Part shown: in pieces, positions 39,829-48,932 of the stretch
How the letters are laid out: the number at the start of each line of letters is the position of its first letter
Position numbering within the stretch: the stretch's first letter is position 1
Assembly (NCBI GenBank): GCA_012840925.1
Contig: DUVS01000029.1
Span: 56,376-120,375, forward strand
Direction: 5' to 3'
DNA from: Bacillota bacterium
GTDB taxonomy: Bacteria; Bacillota; Limnochordia; Darwinibacteriales; DTU012
Length of the DNA stretch: 64,000 nucleotides
Translations under genes and position numbers: made by a program
Notes under the pieces: generated by a model
What the model was told of the DNA's origin: nothing
Databases searched by the model: none
What the model saw: only the letters and a program-made list of their open reading frames with translations

Positions 39829-39858
39829 ACCCAAGGAAACCCTTGGGTTTTTTCATGC
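39829..39858. terminator. Bidirectional intrinsic terminator
   Basis: AACCCAAGG/CCTTGGGTT stem with a 3-nt loop, followed by T6 on the plus strand and A/T-rich on the minus strand. Confidence 0.7.
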
Positions 39859-39885
39859 AACATTAGTGCTTTTTGACATGGACAA

Positions 39886-40560
39886 CTACACTACTAAGCG
39901 CTGATTACAGCTGGTGCCGTTGACACACACCAGCTCCCTTTTTCCGTGGTTGATCTCCATCCGCATTGCCGAGTGGCATACAGGACAGCCATGGATCATT
40001 GCCTTCGGGTAGCTATACGGAGATTGACCTCGGGCATATGATTCCAAATGCCGGTAAACCTGAACCAATAAAAAAACATCATCCTTAGCCCGGTGTGAGT
40101 TGGCAAACTCCCGTTCCAACCGAAAGTGATACATCAAGTTCTTTAATTTATGACTACCTTCTCCCTCGGGATAAATGCAGAGTTTGGGGAACAGGCGGCG
40201 GCTGATTTCCAATGTATCAATACCTTTGGCATGCAAAGGCCGACATTGATTACGCTTAAACATCGATGCTAAAAAGCGGCGGTCGAAATTAAGGTTATGG
40301 GCAACCAGAATACCGTCACCAATAAATTCCCGAATCCCACAAGCTACATCCCTCTCCAGCGGAGCATGGCGGACGTCTTCATCCGTAATGCCAGTTAATG
40401 ACGTGATATAACCGGGAATAGAACGTTCGGGATTAATCATGGTATGGTATTCTTCCACATCCCCGCTATGGACTACCTTCAGCATATAGATCTCCAAGAC
40501 CCGATCCCGATATCCGTCGAGGCCGGTGGTTTCTACATCCAAAAATACCAGACTCTCCAT
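39886..40560 (-). CDS. DEDDh 3'-5' exonuclease (DnaQ-like) with a C-terminal Cys-rich zinc ribbon
   Basis: Exo I (FLDVETTG), Exo II (LVAHNLNFDRRFL) and Exo III (HRAKDD) motifs. C-terminal CPVCH...C..C. The ATG at 40560 has an AAAGGAGG RBS. Confidence 0.8.
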   Translation of the reverse strand: MESLVFLDVETTGLDGYRDRVLEIYMLKVVHSGDVEEYHTMINPERSIPGYITSLTGITDEDVRHAPLERDVACGIREFIGDGILVAHNLNFDRRFLASMFKRNQCRPLHAKGIDTLEISRRLFPKLCIYPEGEGSHKLKNLMYHFRLEREFANSHRAKDDVFLLVQVYRHLESYARGQSPYSYPKAMIHGCPVCHSAMRMEINHGKRELVCVNGTSCNQRLVV

Positions 40561-40659
40561 GGCTACCTCCTTTGCCATAGTATTCTTGATCAGTTGCTTT
40601 TTTCCTCCATGATAACCTGAACACAACTTGGCAAAGATAGCCCATAGGGGTGGTAACTT

Positions 40660-41697
40660 ATGCAGTATCTGGCAAAGCCGTTGTTGTGGAAATATGTAGC
40701 TGCCTTCAGTTCAGTCAAGCAGAGGCTCAAATCTTGGCAGCAGCTGGCCCTGGAGCTTCCTCCGGAACTGCAGACCCAAGCACTTGCAAGCCTAAAATCG
40801 AAGGCTTTCCACTGTCTGGGAGGAGCAGTCTATGCTGTCTATCCTAAAGTGAATCGACAGGTAATGCTTGATGCCATCGTGGCTCTACAGACCATCAGCG
40901 ATTACCTGGACAACCTCTGTGATCGGATCCAGGTTAATGATGAACGTGCCATTCGACAGCTGCATCTTAGTTTCATCCACGCACTTGATCCCAGCCTGCC
41001 CCTTGCTGACTACTACTGCTTTTACCCTTATAAGGAGTCGCTCTACCTCAATACCCTGGTCCAGACCTGCCGCAAACAAATCCAGCAAATGCCTTACTAT
41101 GAAGATTACCGCCCGTGGGTCATCCAGCTGGCCAATCATTACTGCAACCTGCAGGTACTCAAGCACCTAAGCCCTTCAGGCCCCGGCCGCCTCCAACAAT
41201 GGATCAGTCAGGCTTTCTTGAAAGAGAACCCACCCCTTGCCTGGAATGAATGGGCGGCGGCGACCGGTTCCACTTTAGGCATTTTTTACAGTTTTGCCGC
41301 CAGTTTCCACTCCTATCCTCCAGCAATCTGCCGAAAAATGCATGAAGCTTACTTCCCATGGGTTCAGAGTCTGCACATTCTCCTCGATTACCTCATTGAT
41401 CGCCACGAAGATCAAATCCATGGCGATCTCAATTTTACCTTCTACCACTCCGATCCTGAGCATGCCGTCAGCCGCATTGCTTTCATATATCAAACCTGTA
41501 AAGCTCAAATTGCCTCCTTGCCCCATGCCAGTTTCCACCAATTGATCGTTGATGGTTTGGTTGCTATGTACGGGTCCGACCCGAAACTGCAGCATCAAGG
41601 CCTTTTGTCACCCTACACAAAATTGTTGGATTCACCTGCCACAAAGACACTTCTAAAAGCATGCCGCCTACTCAGAGCCATGCAGATCCTCGTCTAG
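40660..41697 (+). CDS. YtpB/DUF2600-family protein (tetraprenyl-beta-curcumene synthase family)
   Basis: It shares conserved blocks remembered from B. subtilis YtpB: FHCLGG, TISDYLDNLCDR, GSTLGIF and HILLDYLIDRHED...GDLNF. Confidence 0.6.
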   Translation: MQYLAKPLLWKYVAAFSSVKQRLKSWQQLALELPPELQTQALASLKSKAFHCLGGAVYAVYPKVNRQVMLDAIVALQTISDYLDNLCDRIQVNDERAIRQLHLSFIHALDPSLPLADYYCFYPYKESLYLNTLVQTCRKQIQQMPYYEDYRPWVIQLANHYCNLQVLKHLSPSGPGRLQQWISQAFLKENPPLAWNEWAAATGSTLGIFYSFAASFHSYPPAICRKMHEAYFPWVQSLHILLDYLIDRHEDQIHGDLNFTFYHSDPEHAVSRIAFIYQTCKAQIASLPHASFHQLIVDGLVAMYGSDPKLQHQGLLSPYTKLLDSPATKTLLKACRLLRAMQILV

Positions 41698-42638
41698 TGC
41701 CTGCGGGAGCAGACAAACTCTGCCAAGGTGCCCAGCTGCAGGCTGGCACTACTACCGGAAAATGTTCCTAGAATTGCAAGGGCTTGCTCCACATAGAACT
41801 GGGCCTCTGTTTTAATGCCCGCCAAAATACCTTCGGCTTCCAGCAAATCTCTTGCTTTGTCAAAAGTCAGCTCTCGCTGCCAATTTTGACTGAGAACACC
41901 CTGTTCCACTCCTCTAATGATTGGCAAAGTCCACATACCGGACATGAAATCGTTCCCAACATTTTTTCCTGTTACATTTGGATGGTGGGAGTAATCCAGC
42001 AAATCATCTGTAAGCTGATAGGCATAGCCAAGGGCTAAACCAAACCGGCCCAGTAAATCAATGGTTTTTTGGTCAACACCATCTGCGATCATAGCTCCGA
42101 CTTGACAAACAGCCTGCATAAAACAGGCTGTTTTTTGATATATATAGCGCCAGTAATAGGCTTCATCACAACCAGGGTTCATCAGCTGTTGAATTTCTCC
42201 TTGGCACATCTGAGTGATCACATTGGTTAAGACAGAGAGTACTTGATCTAACTTGTGCAGTGTTATCAGCATAAATGCTTTGGCAAACAAATAATCGCCT
42301 GCCAGCACTGCAGCCTGCGGCCCGAAACGTTTCTGCACTGTCAGAGTGTTGCGCCTCAGATCTGACTGATCTACGATATCGTCATGGATCAAAGAGGCCA
42401 TGTGGATTAGCTCTACTCCTGCCGCCACATCCAGGACAAGACTGGAATCAGTGCCTCCACACAACTCATATACATGGGACAAAAGGATCGGCCGAATCAT
42501 TTTTCCGTTGGTTTGCTGAATATAGGCCATGATTTGCTCGATACTGCCTTCGCTCGACAAGACCTCTCCCAACCTTGCCTGAACACGTCGTAAGAATGGT
42601 GCAAAGTCCATAACTGCGGATTCTGGTGCATGTTTCAT
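41694..42638 (-). CDS. Long-chain trans-polyprenyl diphosphate synthase (HepT/IspB-like)
   Basis: First Asp-rich motif MASLIHDDIVD, with small residues at the chain-length positions. Second motif GYAYQLTDDLLDY. GKMIRP is present. Confidence 0.8.
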   Translation of the reverse strand: MKHAPESAVMDFAPFLRRVQARLGEVLSSEGSIEQIMAYIQQTNGKMIRPILLSHVYELCGGTDSSLVLDVAAGVELIHMASLIHDDIVDQSDLRRNTLTVQKRFGPQAAVLAGDYLFAKAFMLITLHKLDQVLSVLTNVITQMCQGEIQQLMNPGCDEAYYWRYIYQKTACFMQAVCQVGAMIADGVDQKTIDLLGRFGLALGYAYQLTDDLLDYSHHPNVTGKNVGNDFMSGMWTLPIIRGVEQGVLSQNWQRELTFDKARDLLEAEGILAGIKTEAQFYVEQALAILGTFSGSSASLQLGTLAEFVCSRRH

Positions 42639-42663
42639 TCAGAGCCCAAGCCCCTTCCTTCTC

Positions 42664-43950
42664 CTATGGTTGGAAATCGTCAATCCGTTTTTCGCCTGTC
42701 AATTCCCTCAACGGCTGGATATTCTGAGTTACCTCTAGTGTGCCCAAATACTGGTCTTGATCATCATAAATCGCATAGTAACTGATATGGATAAACATAC
42801 TCCGGCTTTGAATCCAAAAGTCAGCATGGTCTCGCTTGTGATTCTTGAAATCAGACAAGATTCTGTTGACAATATGAACACTCGCTGGTGGATGGCAGTT
42901 TTGGACACTGCGGCCGATTACTGCCGGAGTACGGTCAAAAATCCGCTCCTTCCCCTGGGAGAAATAGCGCACTTTATCGTTTTTATCAACAAAAGTGATG
43001 TCTACGGGCAGAGTATTGAGCACTCTGGTGATCTCATCTACAGACAAATAGCCTGGGCCAACCTTCAACAACCCGTCCGGTACCTTGCCTTGCCATTCCT
43101 GGTTGGCTTGCTGTTCCGGTTCTGCCTCCACTTCTGTCTCATCCTCACTGAGCAGCTCATCTAATGAGATGATTGTATAGCCGATCTCACCGCTTTGATT
43201 GGCTATCTCTTCCCATTCCTGGTCGGTCAGCAGTTCCAGGCACATCGGAAACAAAATGTTCTCTTCCTTGTAGATCATCTCCTTTATCGAATTGAGGCAT
43301 GGTTTGACAAGGTCACCGATCTGCCTTGTTAGTCCCCGATCAACAATCGCATTGCCGGTTACTACCTGATTGATTTGCTTCAACTGAGCCCGAATTTGAT
43401 CATGGATCCCCCACATAACTGACGGCGGCCCGGTAATGCCGTTCTTCTCCAAGTAAGGAAAGAGAATATTTTCTTTACGGCGATAGTGCTTGTCAACTTC
43501 CATCAACTGCTGATGCAAGCCATGCCACTTCTGCATTTGTTCTGAAACATCACTACCAACAGCCGCATCAGCAATTTGGTCTGTTATGCCTTCAATTTGA
43601 CCGATCACTCGGGAAACAGCCCGGTTTTCGACTTTAAAGACTTGCACCGGGTGGATTTTAGTCTCAGAAACAGCAAGCGACTGTTCCACAGCAGCATTCA
43701 GTTGACGGTCCAACGCTTCCCGGAACACAGCGACGTGAACATCACACAATGCTTGAATTTCTGCCACGGGCATGCCTTCATTAATCAGTGCCTGCTCCAT
43801 CTCTGAAATCTCCGATGGTGAAACAACCTCACCCAACAAAGCTTTAAACCTTTGCTTAACCTCCTCAGGATCAGCGCCGGCATGCAAGTCTTTGATAATC
43901 GCCTTTAGCTTCTCCTGACGCTTCTGACGGTTATTAATCAACTCACTCAT
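42664..43950 (-). CDS. DUF438-family protein with hemerythrin-like (HHE) and PAS-like regions
   Basis: About 428 aa with an N-terminal helical DUF1858-like part, a central H..E-rich region (HYRRKENILFPYLE, HDQIRAQL) and a C-terminal PAS-like fold. An AAGGGGG RBS is present. Confidence 0.5.
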   Translation of the reverse strand: MSELINNRQKRQEKLKAIIKDLHAGADPEEVKQRFKALLGEVVSPSEISEMEQALINEGMPVAEIQALCDVHVAVFREALDRQLNAAVEQSLAVSETKIHPVQVFKVENRAVSRVIGQIEGITDQIADAAVGSDVSEQMQKWHGLHQQLMEVDKHYRRKENILFPYLEKNGITGPPSVMWGIHDQIRAQLKQINQVVTGNAIVDRGLTRQIGDLVKPCLNSIKEMIYKEENILFPMCLELLTDQEWEEIANQSGEIGYTIISLDELLSEDETEVEAEPEQQANQEWQGKVPDGLLKVGPGYLSVDEITRVLNTLPVDITFVDKNDKVRYFSQGKERIFDRTPAVIGRSVQNCHPPASVHIVNRILSDFKNHKRDHADFWIQSRSMFIHISYYAIYDDQDQYLGTLEVTQNIQPLRELTGEKRIDDFQP

Positions 43951-44140
43951 TTGTATTACCCCCTTATATATAACCAAGTTACTTATAATTATTTCGCATT
44001 GGTCTCACCAATTCCTGCCTAACTCTAGCCTTAGTATGTCAAAAATCGGTAAAAAAACAACCTTGATGTGAATCCCTCATAAAAAGCCCAATGACAGGAT
44101 ATGCTAACTACATCCAAAAGACTACATAAGGAGGCTAGCA

Positions 44141-44428
44141 ATGTATCATCAATACGAGACACAAAGAGGGACACGCATGAGTGAACCTCCCCAGATAATC
44201 ACAACCAAGGACCTGCTCTATTTACAGGATGCCCTCTCGTGGGAGCTGTTGGCCAGCAAGAAAGCACATCATTTTGCAGCAGAAAGCCAAGACCCCCAAG
44301 TCAGGCAGCAGCTGGAGCATCTTGCCAGTGTTCATCAGCAGCACTACCAGACTCTCCTGAAACACTTGCAGGCCCACAGTCAGCAAAGTGTCAACCAGTA
44401 TAATCAAACCAATCAATATGGCAACTAA
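44141..44428 (+). CDS. Spore coat protein F (CotF)-like small protein
   Basis: Coat_F-type segment (TTKDLLYLQDALSWELLASKK). Q/H-rich tail. Perfect AAGGAGG RBS. Confidence 0.55.
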   Translation: MYHQYETQRGTRMSEPPQIITTKDLLYLQDALSWELLASKKAHHFAAESQDPQVRQQLEHLASVHQQHYQTLLKHLQAHSQQSVNQYNQTNQYGN

Positions 44429-44441
44429 AGGAGGCACTATC

Positions 44442-44921
44442 ATGTTTGACCAGAATCAGCGATGGTCTGGTAGTCAAAACTATCAATCAGACTACCGGCA
44501 ACAGAGTTTCCAACAACAAAACTACCAGAACCCTGGCTTTTTCAATCAACCATCAAGTCAAGTCAATATTAAGAATCCCCAAACCGGTCAGCTGCCAAAA
44601 GTCAAAGGCCCTGAGATGAATGATCGGGACCGCTTAAATGACATGCTGGCTACTGAGAAGTACTTGACTGACAACTTCAATGTATTTGCCCGGGAAGCAA
44701 GTTACAGCGAACTTCATCAAGACGTGAGCCAAATTTTGAATCAAACTCATCAGGAAACTCGTAATCTGTTCACATTCATGTTTAATCAAGGCTGGTATAC
44801 ACTGCAGGCAGAGTCAGCCCAACAGGTCGCCCAGGCTGCCCAGCAATTCAGCAATTACCAAACTCAGTTTGCCCACACTCAACCATCAGGCATACAAACC
44901 TATCAGAACCAGATGTTCTAG
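44442..44921 (+). CDS. Spore coat protein F (CotF)-like protein with a Q/N-rich N-terminus
   Basis: DRDRLNDMLATEKYLTDNFNVFAREAS matches the Coat_F domain. The N-terminal ~60 aa are a Q/N/Y-rich low-complexity region. AAAGGAGG RBS. Confidence 0.6.
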   Translation: MFDQNQRWSGSQNYQSDYRQQSFQQQNYQNPGFFNQPSSQVNIKNPQTGQLPKVKGPEMNDRDRLNDMLATEKYLTDNFNVFAREASYSELHQDVSQILNQTHQETRNLFTFMFNQGWYTLQAESAQQVAQAAQQFSNYQTQFAHTQPSGIQTYQNQMF

Positions 44922-44947
44922 ACAGGAATCAGGCCCACAAAAGAAAA

Positions 44948-44972
44948 GGAGGCTGCGATTGCAGCCTCTTCG
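44948..44972. terminator. Hairpin terminator between convergent genes
   Basis: GAGGCTGC/GCAGCCTC stem with a GATT loop, T-rich on both flanks. Confidence 0.55.
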
Positions 44973-44996
44973 TTTAGAGTTAAATTACTGTCAGAC

Positions 44997-46970
44997 TTAT
45001 TTGAGCAACTTCTTGGCTTCCTGGGCCAGATTGTCTGGTGTAAATCCAAAGTATGCACCGACTTCATTAGCCTTACCACTGCGGCCAAACTGTTCCAGCG
45101 AGAAGACGCGTATCTGTGTGCCGGGGCAAATGCTGTACCAGCCGCTGCCAACACCCACTTCAACTGCGAGAACTGGTTTGTCAGGTGGAATCACCTGATG
45201 GCGATAAGCTGGATCTTGAGCAAAGAACTCCTCACGGCAGGGTACCGATACAACTCTGACTCCATGTCCTTCCTGTTCCAGCAGCTTAGCGGTATCAACG
45301 GCCAAGCTGACTTCGCTTCCAGCAGCTACGATAGTCAGATCCAGTTTACTCTGCTCTGCATACAGTACATATCCACCCTTATCCATATTGGTGGAATCGT
45401 GTTTTGGCATTACGGGCAGAGCTTGACGGGTTAGAACAAGTGCACTTGGCCCATCCAGCCGCTTCAGCGCAGCCAGCCAGGCATGGACAGTCTCTTCTGC
45501 ATCTGCTGGACGGAATACCCAAAGATTGGGAATCAACCGCAAAGACTCTGTCTGCTCTACTGGCTGATGCGTGGGACCATCTTCACCAACGTAAATCGAG
45601 TCATGGGTAAAAACATAAATCACTGGCTGCTTCATCAACGCAGCTAACCGAATCGCTGGGCGGAGATAATCAGAGAAGACCAAGAAAGTACCGCCAAAGA
45701 TTCTAAACCCGCCGGTGAGACTGATGCCATTCATGATCGCTCCCATGGCGTGTTCACGAATGCCAAAATTAAAGTTCCGTCCTGAGAAATCTCCCGCCTT
45801 GATATTGCCATAGCCTTCCATATGGGTGTTGTTGGACGGCGCCAGATCTGCAGAGCCACCAATCAAATAAGGCACTTCTTTTGCCAGGGCATTAATGGTT
45901 TTTCCACTCACAGCCCGAGTAGCAATCTTGTCTCCTAGTTGGAACTTTGGCATTTTAGCTGCCAGATCCTGCGGCAGATCCAAATTGAATGCCCGGTCCC
46001 ATTCTTTGGCAAGCTCAGGATACTTTTCTCTCCATTCATTGAAAAGCTGATTCCATTCCTGTTCCAGCATGCTGCCACGGTTGACCACTTGAGTACGCAT
46101 CTGGTCGGCCTCATCAGAAACATAAAATTCAGTGTCCGGTAAACCAAGGGCCTTCTTCATCGCCAGAATCTCATCCTTGCCCAACGGAGCACCATGAATT
46201 TTTGCAGTACCAGCTTTATTCGGTGCACCTTGGCCAATATTTGTCCTGGCAATGATCAGGCTGGGTCGTTCATTTTCCTGCTTGGCGGTGGCAATGGCCT
46301 CCTTGATCTGATCGATGTCGTGACCATCAATCTCCTGCACATGCCAACCATAAGCCAAATAGCGATCTTTGACCAACTCAGTAAACGCAAGCTCAGTGCT
46401 GCCTTCGATGGTTATGCGATTTGAATCATAGATGACAATCAGTTTATCAAGCTTTAGATGTCCCGCAAACGACGAGGCTTCGGAAGTAATTCCTTCCATC
46501 ATGCAGCCGTCGCCGCACAAAACGTATGTATAATAATCCACGATTGGATATCCGGGCCGGTTAAACCGTTCAGCCAACATCCGCTCGGCTATGGCCATCC
46601 CCACAGCATTGGCCAATCCCTGGCCTAACGGCCCTGTGGTGGTTTCGATCCCTTCCGCATGGCCATATTCTGGATGGCCGGCAGTCTTGGCATTTAACTG
46701 ACGAAAATTCTTCAAGTCGTCCAGGGTTAAATCATACCCCGTTAAGTGCAGCAATGAATACAACAACATTGAGGCATGTCCGGCAGACAAAACAAAACGA
46801 TCCCGGTTAGGCCATTTGGGATTGAGCGGGCTGTGCCGCAAAGCATCAAAGTATAGCACTGAACTGATCTCTGCACAACCTAGGGGCATTCCCGGATGCC
46901 CGGAACCAGCCTTTTCCACCCCATCAGCCGATAAGCCTCGAATGATATTGGCCATGTGTTTCAAGTCCAT
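44997..46970 (-). CDS. tkt: Transketolase
   Basis: Single-chain 657-aa transketolase. TPP-binding GHPG and GDGCMMEG motifs. AGGGTGA RBS. Confidence 0.9.
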   Translation of the reverse strand: MDLKHMANIIRGLSADGVEKAGSGHPGMPLGCAEISSVLYFDALRHSPLNPKWPNRDRFVLSAGHASMLLYSLLHLTGYDLTLDDLKNFRQLNAKTAGHPEYGHAEGIETTTGPLGQGLANAVGMAIAERMLAERFNRPGYPIVDYYTYVLCGDGCMMEGITSEASSFAGHLKLDKLIVIYDSNRITIEGSTELAFTELVKDRYLAYGWHVQEIDGHDIDQIKEAIATAKQENERPSLIIARTNIGQGAPNKAGTAKIHGAPLGKDEILAMKKALGLPDTEFYVSDEADQMRTQVVNRGSMLEQEWNQLFNEWREKYPELAKEWDRAFNLDLPQDLAAKMPKFQLGDKIATRAVSGKTINALAKEVPYLIGGSADLAPSNNTHMEGYGNIKAGDFSGRNFNFGIREHAMGAIMNGISLTGGFRIFGGTFLVFSDYLRPAIRLAALMKQPVIYVFTHDSIYVGEDGPTHQPVEQTESLRLIPNLWVFRPADAEETVHAWLAALKRLDGPSALVLTRQALPVMPKHDSTNMDKGGYVLYAEQSKLDLTIVAAGSEVSLAVDTAKLLEQEGHGVRVVSVPCREEFFAQDPAYRHQVIPPDKPVLAVEVGVGSGWYSICPGTQIRVFSLEQFGRSGKANEVGAYFGFTPDNLAQEAKKLLK

Positions 46971-47094
46971 GTACACTCACCCTTATCTCGTTTTTTTGAT
47001 TCTGTTGCTTCACCAACACACATGCAAATCTCTGCTTCCCCAAAATCATACTGGAATCCTGCATATTTGGCAGGTTCTTGATCAAATATCCAAT

Positions 47095-47676
47095 TTATCT
47101 GTATACTTCAACTATATCGCCGTTATTCAGTCCCGCCGCATTTGCTTCATCAGTGTCAATATGAAGCTCGAGGACAAAATCATCCCTAACGCGCACCAAA
47201 ACATTGTTGAAGATTACACTCCGCTCCCCTTCGGTCTTAACGCTGACAATACTCTTGTCCTCAACACCAAACTTCGCCGCATCACTGGGACTCATATGAA
47301 TATGCCGCAGTGCGATAATAACGCCCTCTTTCAGGCAAATGGAACCTTTTGGGCCCACCAAGGTAACTGATTCCGAGTTTTCCAAGGACCCCGAATCCCG
47401 AACAGGCGGCCTTAAGCCTAGCGCAAACGAATCTGTGCGAGAGATTTCAACCTGAGTTTTTCCCCGAAGCGGCCCTAGGATCCGGACATTTTGGATTGCG
47501 TTTTTCCGAGTAACCACGGTGACTACTTCCTCCGCAGCATATTGGCCGGTTTGGGACAGGTCTTTCACAGGTGTCAATTGATAATCAGGGCCAAACAATA
47601 CTGCCAGATCTTCCTTACTCAGATGAACGTGTCTGTTGGAGACACCAACTGGTACTTTTCCAAGTAATTGTTTCAA
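47095..47676 (-). CDS. pduL: Phosphate propanoyl/acetyl-transferase of the PduL type
   Basis: Two PduL-type repeats: VGVSNRHVHLS and IIALRHIHMSP. Confidence 0.8.
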   Translation of the reverse strand: MKQLLGKVPVGVSNRHVHLSKEDLAVLFGPDYQLTPVKDLSQTGQYAAEEVVTVVTRKNAIQNVRILGPLRGKTQVEISRTDSFALGLRPPVRDSGSLENSESVTLVGPKGSICLKEGVIIALRHIHMSPSDAAKFGVEDKSIVSVKTEGERSVIFNNVLVRVRDDFVLELHIDTDEANAAGLNNGDIVEVYR

Positions 47677-47826
47677 ATCAATTCCTCCTTATATTTCTAC
47701 AGCGATATTGTAACAGTCTTCACATGTTATCTTACGACAGATGTACAGAAAATCCTGCCGCAGTTGGAACCCATCCGCGGCATGAAGTGACAGGCCAGTG
47801 GTATACTAGATCTGGAGGTTAGAATC

Positions 47827-48243
47827 ATGTCCCATTATGGTGCAGTTTATGAGAATTATCAGGATGTGGAATATGCAGTTGCGAGGCTGCATGCTGTAGG
47901 TGTTCCTGAGGATCAGATCCAGATCATCCGCAAACGCGACAAGCCGCTCGACATCTTTCCTGAAGGCTACGATCCCTTTGGCGGCTATCGTTTTACCGGA
48001 ACCCCGGTTGCCACCTTGCCCGCCTCTGGGGAGAATTTGATCGGCAACTCCGTAACCATGGACATCAGTCTTAGTATGCTACCGGATCTGTTAGCTGAAA
48101 CAGCTAACAGTATTGACAAACAAACTAAATCATCAAGTTTTCTGGTGATAGTGGATTCAAACAGGCCGGAAGTGGCGGAAATCCTGGAAAATACAGGAGG
48201 TGAAGTGGTAAATCCCGGTGATTTTCAACCGAAACAGGGTTGA
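47827..48243 (+). CDS. YflT-like general-stress-protein-family protein
   Basis: N-terminal VYENYQDVEYAVARLHAVGVPEDQIQIIRK fits the YflT/GSP17M pattern. A TGGTATACT extended -10 lies upstream. Confidence 0.4.
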   Translation: MSHYGAVYENYQDVEYAVARLHAVGVPEDQIQIIRKRDKPLDIFPEGYDPFGGYRFTGTPVATLPASGENLIGNSVTMDISLSMLPDLLAETANSIDKQTKSSSFLVIVDSNRPEVAEILENTGGEVVNPGDFQPKQG

Positions 48244-48279
48244 CCGGAAATCTTTCCTATGGTATATTAAAGTAGTGCT

Positions 48280-48355
48280 AGGGGAGTAGCTCAATTGGTA
48301 GAGCATCGGTCTCCAAAACCGAGAGTTGCGGGTTCGAGTCCTGTCTCCCCTGCCA
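48280..48355 (+). tRNA. tRNA-Trp (CCA)
   Basis: AGGGGAGTAGCTCAATTGGTAGAGC...TCTCCAAAACCGA...GGTTCGAGTCC...CTCCCCTGCCA. Cloverleaf is consistent and CCA is encoded. Confidence 0.9.
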
Positions 48356-48375
48356 CTTCTAACAGGCAGTTTTAA

Positions 48376-48409
48376 AGCGCACAGTAGAATGCTGTGCGCT
48401 TTTGATTTT
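48376..48409 (+). terminator. Rho-independent terminator after tRNA-Trp
   Basis: 9-bp stem AGCGCACAG/CTGTGCGCT followed by TTTGATTTT. Confidence 0.7.
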
Positions 48410-48457
48410 ATAAACCGATGTACCTATTCAAACTTGCGGCAAGGCGATGTCCTGGTT

Positions 48458-48829
48458 CTAGCTTTGCAGCATACCCCCGCACAAGCTGCCTAGAATACCA
48501 AGGATACAGACGATAACCAGCTGTTTGACCCAAAACCACTGGATGATCAGCTTTAGATCAGCGCGTATTATTGTCATGATGATCAGAAAAATGGCTCCCA
48601 GCAGCACTCCATGCAGCCACAATTTCTGCTTGAGTTTTGTGCCGATATAAACAGCCCCGCCTAATATGCTGGCATAGTTACCAATTATCAATATTGAGCC
48701 GGTATACTGCCACGGTGAAAAATAGGTAACGACGGCCATGACCAGCGCCAAAACTATCAGCAGCAAACAGCTGACGGCCATCCCCTGAATCAAAAGCAAG
48801 ACATTAATCGAACTCGCTGTATTTTTCAT
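48458..48829 (-). CDS. Small polytopic membrane protein
   Basis: 123 aa with four hydrophobic helices. It sits directly downstream of the EF-G paralogue on the same strand. Confidence 0.5.
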   Translation of the reverse strand: MKNTASSINVLLLIQGMAVSCLLLIVLALVMAVVTYFSPWQYTGSILIIGNYASILGGAVYIGTKLKQKLWLHGVLLGAIFLIIMTIIRADLKLIIQWFWVKQLVIVCILGILGSLCGGMLQS

Positions 48830-48880
48830 GGTTTCCCACTCCCTAAGAGCTTATCAGTCCCTAAATCCTATGTCATGGCC

Positions 48881-48918
48881 AAAAAAAATATGCAGCCATG
48901 TTTCAGGCTGCATATCTG
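48881..48918 (-). terminator. Rho-independent terminator after the EF-G paralogue
   Basis: GCAGCC...GGCTGC hairpin followed by T8 on the minus strand. Confidence 0.5.
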
Positions 48919-48932
48919 GATCGCTTTCCTGC

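Noticed and set aside
43978-44140. Candidate SigK/SigE promoter for the cotF-like genes
   Set aside because: CATA-containing stretches exist (ctCATAaaaag, ggATATgcta), but none matches AC-N16-17-CATAnnnTA or the SigE -10 convincingly by eye. Left unannotated.
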